A stretch of DNA of 64,000 bases from an uncultured Acidobacteriota bacterium (GCA_963700145.1 OY969474.1:3488001-3552000); one strand, 5' to 3'; counted from the stretch's first letter, positions 32,890 through 43,174 are shown. Program-made: numbers and translations. Notes: a model not told the origin generated them from the letters alone.

Positions 32890-34692
32890 ATGAAGGTTGT
32901 TCGGGAGCACAGGGCGGATCTCGTCGGGCGCGTCGGGATCATGTCGACGGTCGTCTCCGCCCTCCTCGTGGCGATCGCCGTCGGCTTCTGGTTCGTCCAG
33001 ATCGTCCACGGCGAGTACTACCGCGAGCTGGCCGAGAACAACCGCCTGCGCAAGCTCCCGATCGAGGCCCCGCGCGGCCTGATCCACGACCGCAACGGGC
33101 GTCTGCTGGTCGAGAACATCCCGAGCTACAACCTGCTGATCGACCGGAGCCGCACCAAGGACCTCGGGCGCAGCCTGCGCTTCGCCGCCGAGGTGCTGCG
33201 CCGGCCGCTGCCCGAGCTCCAGGCGCTCGTCGACGGCTACCGCGCGATCCCCGAGTTCAGGCCCGTGCTCCTCGCCGAGAGCCTCACCCTCTCCGAGGTG
33301 GCGCGGATCGGCGTCGCCGGGCTCGAGTACCCGGAGCTGGAGGTCGAGGTGCGGCACCTCCGCCTCTACCGCCACGGCGAGCAGACGGCGCACGTCATGG
33401 GCTACCTGGCCGAGGCCACCGAGGCGGAGATCGCGGCGGCCAACGGCGACCTCCAGCCGGGCGACCTGGTGGGGAAGAAGGGGATCGAGGAGGCCTACGA
33501 CACCGAGCTGCGCGGCCGCGACGGCGAGCGTGTGGTGGTCGTCGACAGCCACGGCCGGCCGTTCGAGGAGTTCGGCCACTCGAGGGCGCAGCCGGGCAAG
33601 GACCTCACTCTGACGATCGACCTCGACCTCCAGCAGGAGGCGGTGCGCTGGTTCCAGGGGCCGGAGGGCGTGGGGTCGGTGGTGGCCCTCGACCCGCGCA
33701 ACGGCGAGGTGCTGGCCCTGGTCTCGGCGCCGGCCTACAACCCCAACCTCTTCGCCCGCCGCCTGCGCAAGGGGGAGTGGCAGGCGCTGCTCGACGCGCC
33801 CAACCTGCCGCTCACCAACCGCGCCATCCAGAACACGTTCTCGCCGGGGTCGGTGTTCAAGATCGTGATGCTGACCGCCGGGCTCACCGAGAAGGTGGTC
33901 GACGAGCACAGCCGCGTCTTCTGCCCCGGCGCGACCGTCATCTACGGCCGCCGCTTCCGCTGCTGGCGCCCCGGCGGCCACGGCTGGGTGGACGCGCGGC
34001 GCGCGCTCCAGGTTTCCTGCGACGTCTACTTCTACCACCTGGGCAAGAACCTGGGGATCGAGCGCATCGCCCGCTACGCGCGGATGTTCGGGCTCGAGGT
34101 GCCGACCGGCATCGACCTCTCGGGCGAGAAGCCGGGGCTGGTCCCCGACGCGGCCTGGAGCCTGCGGGCGCGCAAGGCCAAGTGGTACCCGGGCGAGACG
34201 ATCTCGGTCGCCATCGGCCAGGGGCCGATCCTGCTGACGCCGATGCAGATGGCGGTGATGACGGCGATGGCGGCCAACGGCGGCAACCCGGTGACGCCGC
34301 ACCTGGTCAAGGGGGCGCAGCGGCGCACCCGGCCCGACGTGCCGCTCGACCCGCACGCCTTGAAGGTAGTGCGCGAAGGGCTCTGGGCGGTCGTCAACTC
34401 CCCCGGCGGCACCGCCCACTGGTCGGCCTACGTCCCCGGCATCGACATGGCCGGCAAGACCGGCACCGTGCAGGTCGTGGCGCAGAGCGCCCGCACCAAG
34501 TCCGAGAGCCTCCCCTTCCGCTTCCGCGACCACGCCTGGTTCACCAGCTTCGCGCCGGTCGGCGACCCGCGCCTGGTGGTCGTGGTCTTCGGCGAGCACG
34601 GCGGCGGCGGCTCGCGGACGGCGGCCCCCATCGGCAAGGCGGTCCATGAAAAATATTTTGCGCCCGCTCTCCAGCGCGCTGCCGCTCGCTGA
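32890..34692 (+). CDS. mrdA: Penicillin-binding protein 2
   Basis: APRGLIHDRNG, PGSVFK (SxxK), SCD (SxD variant), AGKTGT and DHAWF. Confidence 0.95.
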   Translation: MKVVREHRADLVGRVGIMSTVVSALLVAIAVGFWFVQIVHGEYYRELAENNRLRKLPIEAPRGLIHDRNGRLLVENIPSYNLLIDRSRTKDLGRSLRFAAEVLRRPLPELQALVDGYRAIPEFRPVLLAESLTLSEVARIGVAGLEYPELEVEVRHLRLYRHGEQTAHVMGYLAEATEAEIAAANGDLQPGDLVGKKGIEEAYDTELRGRDGERVVVVDSHGRPFEEFGHSRAQPGKDLTLTIDLDLQQEAVRWFQGPEGVGSVVALDPRNGEVLALVSAPAYNPNLFARRLRKGEWQALLDAPNLPLTNRAIQNTFSPGSVFKIVMLTAGLTEKVVDEHSRVFCPGATVIYGRRFRCWRPGGHGWVDARRALQVSCDVYFYHLGKNLGIERIARYARMFGLEVPTGIDLSGEKPGLVPDAAWSLRARKAKWYPGETISVAIGQGPILLTPMQMAVMTAMAANGGNPVTPHLVKGAQRRTRPDVPLDPHALKVVREGLWAVVNSPGGTAHWSAYVPGIDMAGKTGTVQVVAQSARTKSESLPFRFRDHAWFTSFAPVGDPRLVVVVFGEHGGGGSRTAAPIGKAVHEKYFAPALQRAAAR

Positions 34693-35788
34693 GGAGCGGC
34701 CGCCGCTCAAGGCCCTGTCGTCGCTCGACGGCGGCCTGGCGATGGCGACCCTGCTGCTCGCCGCCATCGGCCTCGCCACGGTCCACAGCGCCAGCTCCGA
34801 GCTCGCCCTCGACTACCTGCCGCGGCAGGCGATGTGGGTGGCGGCCGGCCTGGTGCTGATGATCGTGGCGATGTCGATCGACTACCACGTCCTGCTCGAC
34901 TTCTCGCCCGTCTTCTACCTGCTCGGCTTGGCCGGGCTCGTCGCGGTGCTCTTCTTCGGCGTCGAGCGCGGCGGCTCCAAGAGCTGGTTCGAGATCGGGC
35001 CGGGGCAGATCCAGCCCTCGGAGTTCGCGAAGCTCGCGACCGTCCTCTTCCTCGCCCGCTTCCTGGCCGGGCTCAACCGCCGCATCCTCGACCTGCCGCA
35101 GATCGCGGCGGCGATCGGCATCGTCCTGGTGCCGATGGCGTTGGTCGTCGTCGAGCCCGATATGGGAGGCGCGGCGCTCTTCGTGCCGCTGGTGGCCGGG
35201 ATGCTGCTCATCGCGGGCGTGCGGGTGCGGCTGCTGGCGGCGGGGGCGCTCCTCGTGCTGGTCCTCGGGGCCGGCATCTGGAGCTTCGGCATGCAGCCCT
35301 ACCAGCGGCAGCGCGTCGTGACCTTCCTGCAGCCGGAAAGCGACCCGCTGGGCGCCGGCTACCAAGTGCGGCAGAGCAAGATCGCCGTGGGCTCCGGCCA
35401 GCTCACGGGCAAGGGCTACCGGCAGGGGAGCCAGAGCCAGCTCCGCTTCCTGCCGGCCCGCCACACCGACTTCATCCTCGCCGTCCTCGCCGAGGAGTGG
35501 GGGTTCATCGGCGTCGCCACCGTCCTCGGCCTCTACGGCCTCTACATCGTCAGCGCCGCCCGAGTCGCCCAACGCGCCCGCGACCGCCCCGGAATCCTCC
35601 TCGTCGTGGGGCTCCTGTCAGTCTTCTGCTTCCACGTCCTCTACAACAGCGCCATGGCGGTGGGGTTCCTGCCGATCACCGGGATCCCCTTGCCCTTCCT
35701 CTCCTACGGGGGGTCGTTCACGCTGTACAACTTCCTGGCGACTGGGATCATCCTCGGGGTGGATCTGCGGAGGTACGTGAACCGGTAG
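34646..35788 (+). CDS. rodA: Rod shape-determining protein RodA (SEDS family)
   Basis: IQPSEFAK, EPDMG, GYQVRQSKIAVGSG, HTDFI..EEWG and TGIPLPFLSYGGS. Confidence 0.95.
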   Translation: MKNILRPLSSALPLAEERPPLKALSSLDGGLAMATLLLAAIGLATVHSASSELALDYLPRQAMWVAAGLVLMIVAMSIDYHVLLDFSPVFYLLGLAGLVAVLFFGVERGGSKSWFEIGPGQIQPSEFAKLATVLFLARFLAGLNRRILDLPQIAAAIGIVLVPMALVVVEPDMGGAALFVPLVAGMLLIAGVRVRLLAAGALLVLVLGAGIWSFGMQPYQRQRVVTFLQPESDPLGAGYQVRQSKIAVGSGQLTGKGYRQGSQSQLRFLPARHTDFILAVLAEEWGFIGVATVLGLYGLYIVSAARVAQRARDRPGILLVVGLLSVFCFHVLYNSAMAVGFLPITGIPLPFLSYGGSFTLYNFLATGIILGVDLRRYVNR

Positions 35789-35801
35789 GCGGCCTCTGCT
35801 G

Positions 35802-36191
35802 TCACGCTACGGCCGTTACATCCGTCCGCGCGAAGTCATCGCCCTTGAACAGGAGGGGCTCCCCCGAGGAGTGTGCCAGGGCGTAGCTGCAGCAGTCCCC
35901 CAAGTTGAGAGCGGCGGGATGATGCCCTTTGCCATACCTCTCATAGGCCGCGCGGGCGCCTAGAACCTGCTCCGCGTCGAGGCTCACGATCGTCACGCCG
36001 GCGGCGTGGAGGAGCAGATCCAGCTCGCGAACCCCCGCCGGCCCCTTGCGCGCGTGGATCACGATCGCCGTCTCGAGCGCCGAGACCGAACTCGCCAACC
36101 GGCGTGGGTCCAGTGCGACGAGGCGGGCGAAGCGATCGGCCTCCGGCTCCCCTAGCAGGATGGCGAGCAGCGCGGACGAGTCGATGACCAT
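35802..36191 (-). CDS. vapC: VapC PIN-domain toxin
   Basis: MVIDSSALLAIL..YGKGHHPAALNLGDCCSYALA..LLFKGDDF. Confidence 0.92.
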   Translation of the reverse strand: MVIDSSALLAILLGEPEADRFARLVALDPRRLASSVSALETAIVIHARKGPAGVRELDLLLHAAGVTIVSLDAEQVLGARAAYERYGKGHHPAALNLGDCCSYALAHSSGEPLLFKGDDFARTDVTAVA

Positions 36192-36445
36192 CAGCGGAAG
36201 GCGCCGATCTCGTCGTAGCCGAGGATCTCCTCGGCGCCGCGGCGGTCGAGGTCGGGCAGAGAGCTGCAGCGGCGACTGATCGCCATCAGGGTCTCGACGA
36301 GATCCGGGGCGGACCGGCGGCCCTTGAGCCGTTCGAGACGCTCTTCCAAGGCATGGGTGATCGCCTCCGTCAGGCCCTCCCCCGTTTCCGCCGCCACCTC
36401 CCGCGCCAAGCGCTCGGCCGTCTCGTTCTTGATGCTCAGAGCCAT
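36191..36445 (-). CDS. vapB: VapB-type antitoxin (PSK transcription factor-like)
   Basis: MALSIKNETAERLAREVAAETGEGLTEAI..ILGYDEIG; coupled to vapC. Confidence 0.9.
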   Translation of the reverse strand: MALSIKNETAERLAREVAAETGEGLTEAITHALEERLERLKGRRSAPDLVETLMAISRRCSSLPDLDRRGAEEILGYDEIGAFR

Positions 36446-36541
36446 GGGTGCCGCCTCGCAGGGTATAGAATTATGGGGTCATTCTAGAATGGATGGGCGG
36501 TGGGGCAACCCTCTGCACCGACAAGAGCTGAGGAACCTCGC

Positions 36542-36793
36542 GTGACGAAGAAGTACTCCATGGCCGAAGCCCGAGCCAATTTCTCCGGTCTGGTCCACGA
36601 AGTGGAGGGTGGGGGTCGCGCCGAGCTGACGCGGCGGGGCAGGCCCGTGGCGGTGCTCATGGGAATCGAGGCCTACGAACGGCTGGTCGAAGGCCGGCAC
36701 GACTTCTGGGAGGCCTACGAGGAGTTCCGGAGCCGGTTCGACCTCGCCGAGCTCGCGATCGATCCGGAGGAGATCTTCGGCGGCCACGTGTAG
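36542..36793 (+). CDS. Phd/YefM family antitoxin, no adjacent toxin downstream
   Basis: YSMAEARANFSGLVHEVEGG..LTRRGRPVAVLM. Confidence 0.85.
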   Translation: MTKKYSMAEARANFSGLVHEVEGGGRAELTRRGRPVAVLMGIEAYERLVEGRHDFWEAYEEFRSRFDLAELAIDPEEIFGGHV

Positions 36794-36805
36794 CATGCCC
36801 CCTTC

Positions 36806-38305
36806 ATGATCAACAAGATGCTCATCGAGAGCGACCCGCACCAGACGCGGATCGCGGTGCTCGAGAGCGACCGGCTGACGGAGGCCTTCGTCGAGCGGCA
36901 CCGGCACCGGGGCTGCGTCGGCAACATCTACAAGGGGCGGGTGACGCGCGTCCTGCCCGGGATGCAGGCGGCGTTCGTGGACATCGGGCTCGAGCGCGAC
37001 GCGTTCCTCTACGTCAGCGACGTGGCGCCCGACCTCGACGCGCTGGAGGACATGGAGAGCGAGGAGCCGGCCGACGAGCCGCCGGCGCAGCACCACCACG
37101 CCACGCCGTCGATCGACGACCTGCTCAAGCCCGGCCAGGAGATCATCGTCCAGGTCATCAAGGACCCGTTGCCGGGCAAGGGCGCGCGGATCTCGACCCA
37201 CGTCACCCTCCCCGGCCGCTACCTCGTTCTCCTCCCCACCGTCCGCCACTTCGGGGTCTCCCGCCGCATCGAGGAGGAGCCCGAGCGCGAGCGGCTCCTC
37301 GCCCTCCTCGCCGAGCTACCGCTCGCCGCCGGCGGGCTCATCGTGCGCACCGTCGGCGAGGGGCGCGGCAAGGACGAGTTCGCGACCGACCTCGAGTACC
37401 TCGTCCGCCTCTGGGAGAAGGTGCGGCAGCGCGCCGGCAAGGTGTCGGCGCCGACCCTGCTGCACCAGGACGTGGACCTGGCGCTGCGCGTCGTGCGCGA
37501 CCTGCTCAACCAGGAGTACGCCGTGCTCTGGGTGGACGGCGAGGACACCTACGCGCGCATCGTCGAGTTCCTCGACCTGGTGCAGCCGGCGCTGGTGGGG
37601 AAGGTCAAGCTCTTCCGCCAGGAGGCGACGCTCTTCGAGCAGTTCGGCATCGAGGAGCAGATCGAGGCGGCGCTCAAGAGCAAGGTGTGGCTCAAGTCCG
37701 GGGGCTACATCGTCATCAACCCGACCGAGGCGCTGGTGGCGATCGACGTCAACACCGGCCGCTTCGTCGGCCAGCGCACGCTCGAGGACACGGTCCTCCA
37801 GACCAACCTCGAGGCGGTGCAGGAGATCGTGCGCCAGATCCGGCTGCGCGACCTCGGCGGGATCGTCGTCATCGACTTCATCGACATGATCGAGAAGGAG
37901 CACCGCGAGGAGGTCTTCGCCGCGCTCGGCGCCGAGCTCAAGAAGGACCGCGCCAAGAACAAGGTGCTCAACATCTCGGAGTTCGGCCTGGTCGAGATCA
38001 CCAGGAAGCGCAGCCGCGCCAACCTCGAGCGGCTGCTGACCCAGCCATGCCCCTACTGCGGCGGCCGCGGGCGGGTGAAGTCGACGACGACGATCTGTTT
38101 GAACCTCCGCAAGCAGCTCCTGCGGCAGGGCCGGCGCGCCGGCCAGGCGGAGCTGCTGCTGCGCGTCCACCCCGAGATCGCGCGCGCCCTGCAGGAGGAG
38201 GAGCGGGCGATCCTCGCCGAGATCGAGCGCTCGCTCGGGGTCAACATCCTGCTCCAGAGCGACCCCGCGCTCCACCACGAGCGGTTCGACGTCGTCGAGG
38301 TCTAG
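36806..38305 (+). CDS. rng: Ribonuclease G/E family (Rng)
   Basis: GNIYKGRV..PGMQAAFVDIG, VAIDVNTG, NLEA..RQIRLRDLGGIVVIDFIDM and CPYCGG. Confidence 0.95.
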   Translation: MINKMLIESDPHQTRIAVLESDRLTEAFVERHRHRGCVGNIYKGRVTRVLPGMQAAFVDIGLERDAFLYVSDVAPDLDALEDMESEEPADEPPAQHHHATPSIDDLLKPGQEIIVQVIKDPLPGKGARISTHVTLPGRYLVLLPTVRHFGVSRRIEEEPERERLLALLAELPLAAGGLIVRTVGEGRGKDEFATDLEYLVRLWEKVRQRAGKVSAPTLLHQDVDLALRVVRDLLNQEYAVLWVDGEDTYARIVEFLDLVQPALVGKVKLFRQEATLFEQFGIEEQIEAALKSKVWLKSGGYIVINPTEALVAIDVNTGRFVGQRTLEDTVLQTNLEAVQEIVRQIRLRDLGGIVVIDFIDMIEKEHREEVFAALGAELKKDRAKNKVLNISEFGLVEITRKRSRANLERLLTQPCPYCGGRGRVKSTTTICLNLRKQLLRQGRRAGQAELLLRVHPEIARALQEEERAILAEIERSLGVNILLQSDPALHHERFDVVEV

Positions 38306-38312
38306 CGGGCGC

Positions 38313-40445
38313 GTGAGCGACCCGCGCGAAGTCGAGCCCTTCGAGGTCGAAGGCTTCCGCGGCGAGGTCGAGCCGCGCTTCCGCCCGCCGGACCTCGCCG
38401 CCGCGGTCCGCCGCCTGACCGACCCCGGCGCCGCCGACAAGACCCTGCACTGGGGACGCAACTACATCTACCGCACGACGCTCGACACGGTTGAGGGCCC
38501 CGTGCCGGTGGCGGTCAAGCAGTTCCGCGGCGGCGACGCGCGCGAGCGCTTCCGCCGCCGGCGCGGCGAGGGGAAGGCGGCGCGGAGCTGGCGGGCGGCG
38601 CGGGGGATGGCGGCGGCCGGGGTGCCGACGCCCGAGCCGGTGATGCTGCTGGAGTCGCTCGACGCGGGCGGGCCGTCGTTTTACGTCTGCCGGGCGATCG
38701 AGGGGGCGATCGAGGCGCGCTACCTGCTGCGGGCGGCGAACGCCGGCGAGGAGCGCGAGCGGTTTCCGGAGGTGGACTTCGCGGGGTTTCTGGAAGAGCT
38801 GGGTAGGGAGATCAGACGGCTGCACGACGCGGGCTTCTGGCACCGGGACGTCTCGGCCGGGAACGTGTTGTTGCGGCCGCGCGGCGCGGGGCAGCCGCCC
38901 GAGCTGTGGCTGCTCGATCTGAACCGCACGCGGCGGCGTGGTCGCCTGAGCGTCGCGCAGCGCAGCCGCGACCTCTCGCGCCTGCCGCTCCGCCGGCCGG
39001 AGCACCGCGCGCTGCTCCTCGAGTCGTACTGGGGGGCTGCGCCGGGGGCGGCCGCGCGCGGCGCTTACCTCGCCCATCACCTCGGGTTCCGCTGGAAGAA
39101 CCAGGCGAAGGACCGGCTGCGGGGCGTGAGCCGCCGCGTGAAAGCCCTGCTCGTGCCGCGCGGGACCCACGCCCACATCCCGCCGCCGCCGGCCGCGGCC
39201 GCGGTGCGGGACCGCGTCGTCTGGGACCACCTCTCCGACCAGCCGCACCAGCACGCCGGCCGGCTCGCCAAGCTCGGCGTGCGCTTGGCCGACGCGCGCG
39301 CCCACCTCGAAGAGGGTGCGGTCGTGACCGCGGCGCTGCCGCGGATCGGCCGGCGTTACCGGACGCTCGTCCGCGAGCTCTACGCGCGGCCGGTCGCGTG
39401 GGGCGGCGTCGGCGTCGCCCTCCGCCCCTGGCCGGAGGACCCCGACGGGCTGCTCGCCGCGGTCGAGGAGCTGGGCGTGCGGCATCTGATGCTGCGCCTC
39501 CATCCCTGGCAGGACGACCACACCGCCGAGGAGGCGCTGGCGCGCGAGCTGGCGACGCGCGGGCACGAGCTGGCCTTCGCGCTGCCGCAGAACCGCGAGC
39601 TGGTGCGCGACCCGGCGCGCTGGCGCGCCGCGGTCGAGGAGCTGGCGGCGCGCTTCACCCCCTACGGCCGCCACTTCCAGGTGGGGCAGGCGATCAACCG
39701 CAGCAAGTGGGGGATCTGGAGCCTGGGCGAGTACGTGGAGCTGGCGGTGGCAGCGGGCGAGGCGCTGCGCCGCTACCCCGGCGTCGAGGTGCTGGGGCCG
39801 GCGGTCATCGACTTCGAGTACCACGTCGCCGCGGCGGCGCTCAACCTCCACCGCCCCGGCCTCCGCTTCGACGCCGTCTCCGCGCTCCTCTACGTTGATC
39901 GCCGCGGCGCCCCCGAGAACGCGCAGGCCGGCTTCGACACGCCGCGCAAGCTCGCGCTGCTCAAGGCCATCGCCGACACCTCGCGCAACGGCGCGCCGCG
40001 CTGCTGGATCACGGAAGTGAACTGGCCGCTGCGCGAGGGCCCGCACGCGCCGGCCGGGCGCGGCGTGGCGGTCGACGAGGAGACGCAGGCCGACTACCTG
40101 GCGCGCTACTACCTCCTGGCCCTGGCGAGCGGCATGGTCGAGCGCGTCTACTGGTGGCAGCTCGTGGCGAAGGGGTACGGCCTCATCGACCCGACGGGGC
40201 TGCGCCGCCGCCCCGCCTTCCACGCCTTGGCGACCCTTGCCCGCACGCTCGAAGGCTGCCGCTTCGAGCGCCGCCTCCCCGGCCCGCCGGGAGCCTGGCT
40301 GCTGCTCTTCTCGAAGCCGGACGGCGGCGAGCTGGTCGCCGCCTGGAGCGCGGCGGGGAGGCTTGAGGTGGACCTCCCGCGTGCGTCCAGGATGTCCGTA
40401 CTCCTCGGCCCCTCGCCGACCTACTACCTCCTGGATCGCGAATAG
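38313..40445 (+). CDS. Fusion of an LPS/Kdo kinase-like domain and a TIM-barrel glycoside hydrolase-like domain
   Basis: N-terminal VAVK..PTPEP..HRDVSAGNVLL..LLDLNR; C-terminal QVGQAINRSKWG..WITEVNW..YWWQL..GYGL. Confidence 0.7.
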   Translation: MSDPREVEPFEVEGFRGEVEPRFRPPDLAAAVRRLTDPGAADKTLHWGRNYIYRTTLDTVEGPVPVAVKQFRGGDARERFRRRRGEGKAARSWRAARGMAAAGVPTPEPVMLLESLDAGGPSFYVCRAIEGAIEARYLLRAANAGEERERFPEVDFAGFLEELGREIRRLHDAGFWHRDVSAGNVLLRPRGAGQPPELWLLDLNRTRRRGRLSVAQRSRDLSRLPLRRPEHRALLLESYWGAAPGAAARGAYLAHHLGFRWKNQAKDRLRGVSRRVKALLVPRGTHAHIPPPPAAAAVRDRVVWDHLSDQPHQHAGRLAKLGVRLADARAHLEEGAVVTAALPRIGRRYRTLVRELYARPVAWGGVGVALRPWPEDPDGLLAAVEELGVRHLMLRLHPWQDDHTAEEALARELATRGHELAFALPQNRELVRDPARWRAAVEELAARFTPYGRHFQVGQAINRSKWGIWSLGEYVELAVAAGEALRRYPGVEVLGPAVIDFEYHVAAAALNLHRPGLRFDAVSALLYVDRRGAPENAQAGFDTPRKLALLKAIADTSRNGAPRCWITEVNWPLREGPHAPAGRGVAVDEETQADYLARYYLLALASGMVERVYWWQLVAKGYGLIDPTGLRRRPAFHALATLARTLEGCRFERRLPGPPGAWLLLFSKPDGGELVAAWSAAGRLEVDLPRASRMSVLLGPSPTYYLLDRE

Positions 40446-40451
40446 CCCCTT

Positions 40452-40538
40452 GTCATCCTGAGCGCAGCGAAGGATCTGGGGGCGGGTCTTTTTCGCGCCA
40501 CTCGCCCGCCCAGATCCTTCGCTCCCGCTCAGGATGAC
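40452..40538. repeat. REP/MITE-like inverted-repeat element, copy 1
   Basis: gtcatcctgagcgcagcgaaggatctggg...cccagatccttcgctcccgctcaggatgac; a similar copy lies at 49919-50005. Confidence 0.85.
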
Positions 40539-40570
40539 GTGCGGCGCCGTCCGTATACTTCTCCGCTCCT

Positions 40571-41866
40571 ATGCGCCGTTCGTCACTCGTCTTCTCTCCC
40601 CTAGCCCTCTTCCTGGCCCTGTCCGCGCCGGCATTCGCCCAGCCCCCCTCCCGCCGCACCCCCGTCGTCGAAGTCGTCGAGCGCGTCGGCCCGGCCGTCG
40701 TCAACATCGCCGCCGAGGCGATCGTTCGCGATGTCGACCCCTTCTTCGGCCTTTTCTTCGGCCCGCGCAGCCGCCGCGCCCAGTCGCTCGGCTCGGGGCT
40801 GATCGTCGAGCCCTCCGGGATCGTCGTCACCAACGCGCACGTCATCGAGGGGGCGTCGCGGATCGTGGTGACGACCCGCGACGGGCGCGAGCTGGAGGCC
40901 GAGGTGCTGGGCTCCGACCGCGAGTCCGACCTGGCCGTCCTCAAGGTCGAAGGGCGCGGGCTCCCCGCCGTGCCGCTCGGCAGCAGCGCCGATCTCCTGA
41001 TCGGCGAGACGGTCATCGCCATCGGCAACCCCTTCGGGCTCTCGCACACCGTCACCGCCGGGGTGCTGTCGGCGCGCGGCCGCACCGTCCCCTCCGAGCG
41101 CGGCGAGCGGCTCTTCACCGACTTCCTGCAGACCGACGCCTCGATCAACCCCGGCAACTCCGGCGGCCCGCTGGTCAACGTCCTGGGCGAGGTGATCGGC
41201 GTCAACACCGCCATCGTCTCCGGCGCCTCCGGCATCGGCTTCGCGATCCCCGCCGACCGCGCCAAGCGCGTCGTCGACGAGCTCCTCCGCTTCGGCGCCC
41301 TGCAGCCCCTCTGGACCGGCCTGCGCCTCCTCACCGTCGATCCCGAGCTGGCGCGCCGCTACGAGCTGCCCGTCACCCGCGGCGCACTCGTCTACCGCGT
41401 CTGGCCGGGCTCTCCGGCCGCCGCCGCCGGCCTGCGCGAGGAAGACGTCATCACCGCCGCCGCCGGCCGCCCGGTAGCCGCCCGCGAGGACGTGACCACC
41501 GCCATCTCCACAGTGCCGGCCGGCACGCCGGTGCGACTGACGGTGCGTCGCGGCAGCCAGACGTTGGATCTCTCCCTCCGCGCCGAGCGCCCGCCGCAAG
41601 GGCTCGGCCTCGAAGTCCTCGAGCGGAGCCTCGGCCTGCAAGTCGCCGCCGCCGGCCAGGGCTTGGCGATCGAGCAGGTCGCTCCCGGCTCCGCGGCCGC
41701 CGAGCGCGGCCTCCGCCGCGGCGACGTCGTCCTCGCCGCGAACGGCCAGCGCGTCAGCAGCGCCGAGGAGCTGGGCCGCGAAGTCCTCCGCGCCCTGGAC
41801 CGCGGCGGGCTGCTGCTGGCCGTGCAGCGCGGGCGGTACGTCTACAATTTGGACCTTCCGCTTTAG
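40571..41866 (+). CDS. HtrA/DegP-type serine protease with two PDZ domains
   Basis: LGSG, TNAHV, DLAVLK and TDASINPGNSGGPL. Confidence 0.95.
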   Translation: MRRSSLVFSPLALFLALSAPAFAQPPSRRTPVVEVVERVGPAVVNIAAEAIVRDVDPFFGLFFGPRSRRAQSLGSGLIVEPSGIVVTNAHVIEGASRIVVTTRDGRELEAEVLGSDRESDLAVLKVEGRGLPAVPLGSSADLLIGETVIAIGNPFGLSHTVTAGVLSARGRTVPSERGERLFTDFLQTDASINPGNSGGPLVNVLGEVIGVNTAIVSGASGIGFAIPADRAKRVVDELLRFGALQPLWTGLRLLTVDPELARRYELPVTRGALVYRVWPGSPAAAAGLREEDVITAAAGRPVAAREDVTTAISTVPAGTPVRLTVRRGSQTLDLSLRAERPPQGLGLEVLERSLGLQVAAAGQGLAIEQVAPGSAAAERGLRRGDVVLAANGQRVSSAEELGREVLRALDRGGLLLAVQRGRYVYNLDLPL

Positions 41867-41881
41867 ACTCCATTGCAGCCC

Positions 41882-43168
41882 ATGGCCAGGACGACCACGC
41901 CGGTCGGCATCCTCTGCTGCGGCCTGCTTGCCGTTGCGGCGGCGCGAGCGCAGGAGAAGACGGCGGCTCCAGCACAGATCGCCGTCAAGGCGCAGCGCCT
42001 CCTCGACGTGCGCACCGGCACGCTGGTGAACGACGCCGTGATCCTTGTCGAAGGCGATCGCATCAAGGCGGTCGGGCCGGGATTGGCGATCGAGCCCGGC
42101 GCCATGGTGATCGATCTCGGCGCGGCGACGCTCCTCCCCGGCCTGATCGACGCCCACACCCACCTGATGGCCGCCGCCGAGGACGGTTACGCCGAGATGC
42201 TGCTGACGAAGTCGCAGGCCTACCGCGCGCTGGAAGGGGCGGCGCACGCGCGGCGGACGCTCCACGCCGGGTTCACCACCGTGCGCGACACCGAGAACGA
42301 GGGCTCGGGCTATGCCGACGTGGCGTTGCGCGACGCCATCGCGCGCGGACTCGTGGAGGGGCCGCGGATGCTCGTCTCGACCCGCGGCATCGCCGCGGTC
42401 GGCAACTATCAGCCGTTCGGGGTCTCCTCCGACCTGCCGGACTTCCCGCACGGCGCGCAGATGGTCAGCGGCGTCGAGGACTGCCGGCGCGCCGTGCGCG
42501 AGCAGATCGGCCAGGGCGCGGACCTGATCAAGGTCTACGCCGACTGGGAGCACCCGACGCTGACCGTCGAGGAGCTGCGCGTCGTCGTCGAGGAGGCGCA
42601 CAAGGCCGGCCGGCGTGTGGCGGCGCATGCCACCACGGTCGAGGGGATCCGCAACGCGGTCGCCGCGGGAGTGGATTCCATCGAGCACCTCCTCTTCGCC
42701 GACCGGCCGACCCTCGAGCTGCTGGCTGAGAAGGGCGTCTGGCTGGTCCCCACCCTCAGCCCCTTCGTGTACCAGCTCGCCGGGGTGACCGACGAGGCGC
42801 GCCGCCAGCGAGGGGAGGAGTTCGTCCGCTCCATCCAGGAGAGAGTGCGCACGGCGAAGGAGGTCGGCGTCAAGATCGCCGCCGGCTCCGACGCCTCGGA
42901 GGGCGACCTCCACGGCACGAACGCGCGCGAGATCGTCGCCCTGCACGAGGCCGGGCTGTCCACCCTGGAAGCGATCCGCGCAGCGACCACCACGGCCGCG
43001 GAGCTGCTCGGCCTGCAGGACGAGATCGGCGCCCTCGAGCCCGGCAAGCACGCCGACGTCATCGCCGTCGCCGGCGACCCGCTCACCGACATCCACGCCC
43101 TTGAACGGGTGGTGTTCGTGATGAAGGGCGGCGCCGTCGTGAAGCGGGAGGGTGGAGCGCTCCCTTAG
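41882..43168 (+). CDS. Secreted metal-dependent amidohydrolase (prolidase-like/Xaa-Pro dipeptidase group)
   Basis: PGLIDAHTH, GFTTVRD, DLIKV, AAHA, SIEH, GSD and GALEPGKHAD. Confidence 0.9.
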   Translation: MARTTTPVGILCCGLLAVAAARAQEKTAAPAQIAVKAQRLLDVRTGTLVNDAVILVEGDRIKAVGPGLAIEPGAMVIDLGAATLLPGLIDAHTHLMAAAEDGYAEMLLTKSQAYRALEGAAHARRTLHAGFTTVRDTENEGSGYADVALRDAIARGLVEGPRMLVSTRGIAAVGNYQPFGVSSDLPDFPHGAQMVSGVEDCRRAVREQIGQGADLIKVYADWEHPTLTVEELRVVVEEAHKAGRRVAAHATTVEGIRNAVAAGVDSIEHLLFADRPTLELLAEKGVWLVPTLSPFVYQLAGVTDEARRQRGEEFVRSIQERVRTAKEVGVKIAAGSDASEGDLHGTNAREIVALHEAGLSTLEAIRAATTTAAELLGLQDEIGALEPGKHADVIAVAGDPLTDIHALERVVFVMKGGAVVKREGGALP

Positions 43169-43174
43169 AGGAGA

